DNA of 64,000 bases from the human T2T-CHM13v2.0 reference genome, Homo sapiens. The translations under genes were made by a program, and so were the position numbers. Shown here piece after piece: positions 63,469-64,000 of the stretch. A model generated the notes under the pieces. That model saw only the letters and a program-made list of their open reading frames with translations, was not told the DNA's origin and ran no database searches. The stretch lies in NCBI RefSeq assembly GCF_009914755.1, contig NC_060944.1; one strand, written 5' to 3'. How positions within the stretch are numbered: position 1 is the first letter of the stretch; each line of letters starts with the position of its first letter.

Positions 63469-64000
63469 GTAAGTATTTTCCTTTTTTTTTTTAAATTTAA
63501 TTACTTATTTGTAGATCGATAAACACATGTTCCGGATTCATTTATGTAACTGTTAACTGTTCAAAGTCAACAGCTACATAGACACTCTTTTGTTTAAAGT
63601 TTCTTTTGTTAAAAAAAAAAAATCACAAACATACAGTAAGGGGGCAGGGGTAGAATTAAGTGAATAAATATCCCCAGAAAGGACTTTTGCTTGTTTTTTA
63701 AGATTTTTAATGGCCTTGAATATTATGGTCTTTAAATAAAAGTACAGGTTTGTAAGTTTTTGTGTGAGGAGGTAAAAGCAGATTTCAAAATTGAATATGT
63801 AATTGATCATAACCATGTAAAAATATTATGCACAGAAAAAAGAAAATATGTAAAGAAAATATAGCCACATGTTCACAGTGGTCATAGAGTTGGGATTTCT
63901 TTCTCTTTTCTGCTTTTTCTGGATAATTTATTATGTACTTCTTACTGCAGTTTTCTTCAAATTTGTCTATTTATATTTGTCTATTTGTCTGTTTATAAGA

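Overview
Human-like (primate) genomic DNA containing 11 internal coding exons of SLC9A8 (Na+/H+ exchanger NHE8) on the + strand. They are probably exons 2-12, total 1132 coding nt, and stay in frame across every junction; the first and last exons lie outside the window. One intron (48482-50152) is a minor-spliceosome (U12) AT-AC intron. The large intron after the second exon seen holds a full-length, sense-oriented processed pseudogene of GLYR1/NPAC (14609-18997) with TSD, polyA signal and two nested Alus. The rest is intronic repeat landscape: about 45 Alus, MER4-group and MaLR LTRs, L1/L2/MIR fragments, DNA transposon fossils and microsatellites. I found no evidence of a wholly new biological system. 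The most notable items are the U12 intron, an in-frame 48-nt alternative acceptor across a T10/(TG) tract, and a pseudogene ORF retaining the intact LSD2-activating peptide. Also notable are three MER4-LTR pieces that seem to have arrived by three different mechanisms, and an Alu with an inverted TSD suggesting a micro-inversion. Gene and repeat names come from my recognition of the sequence, not from a database search.
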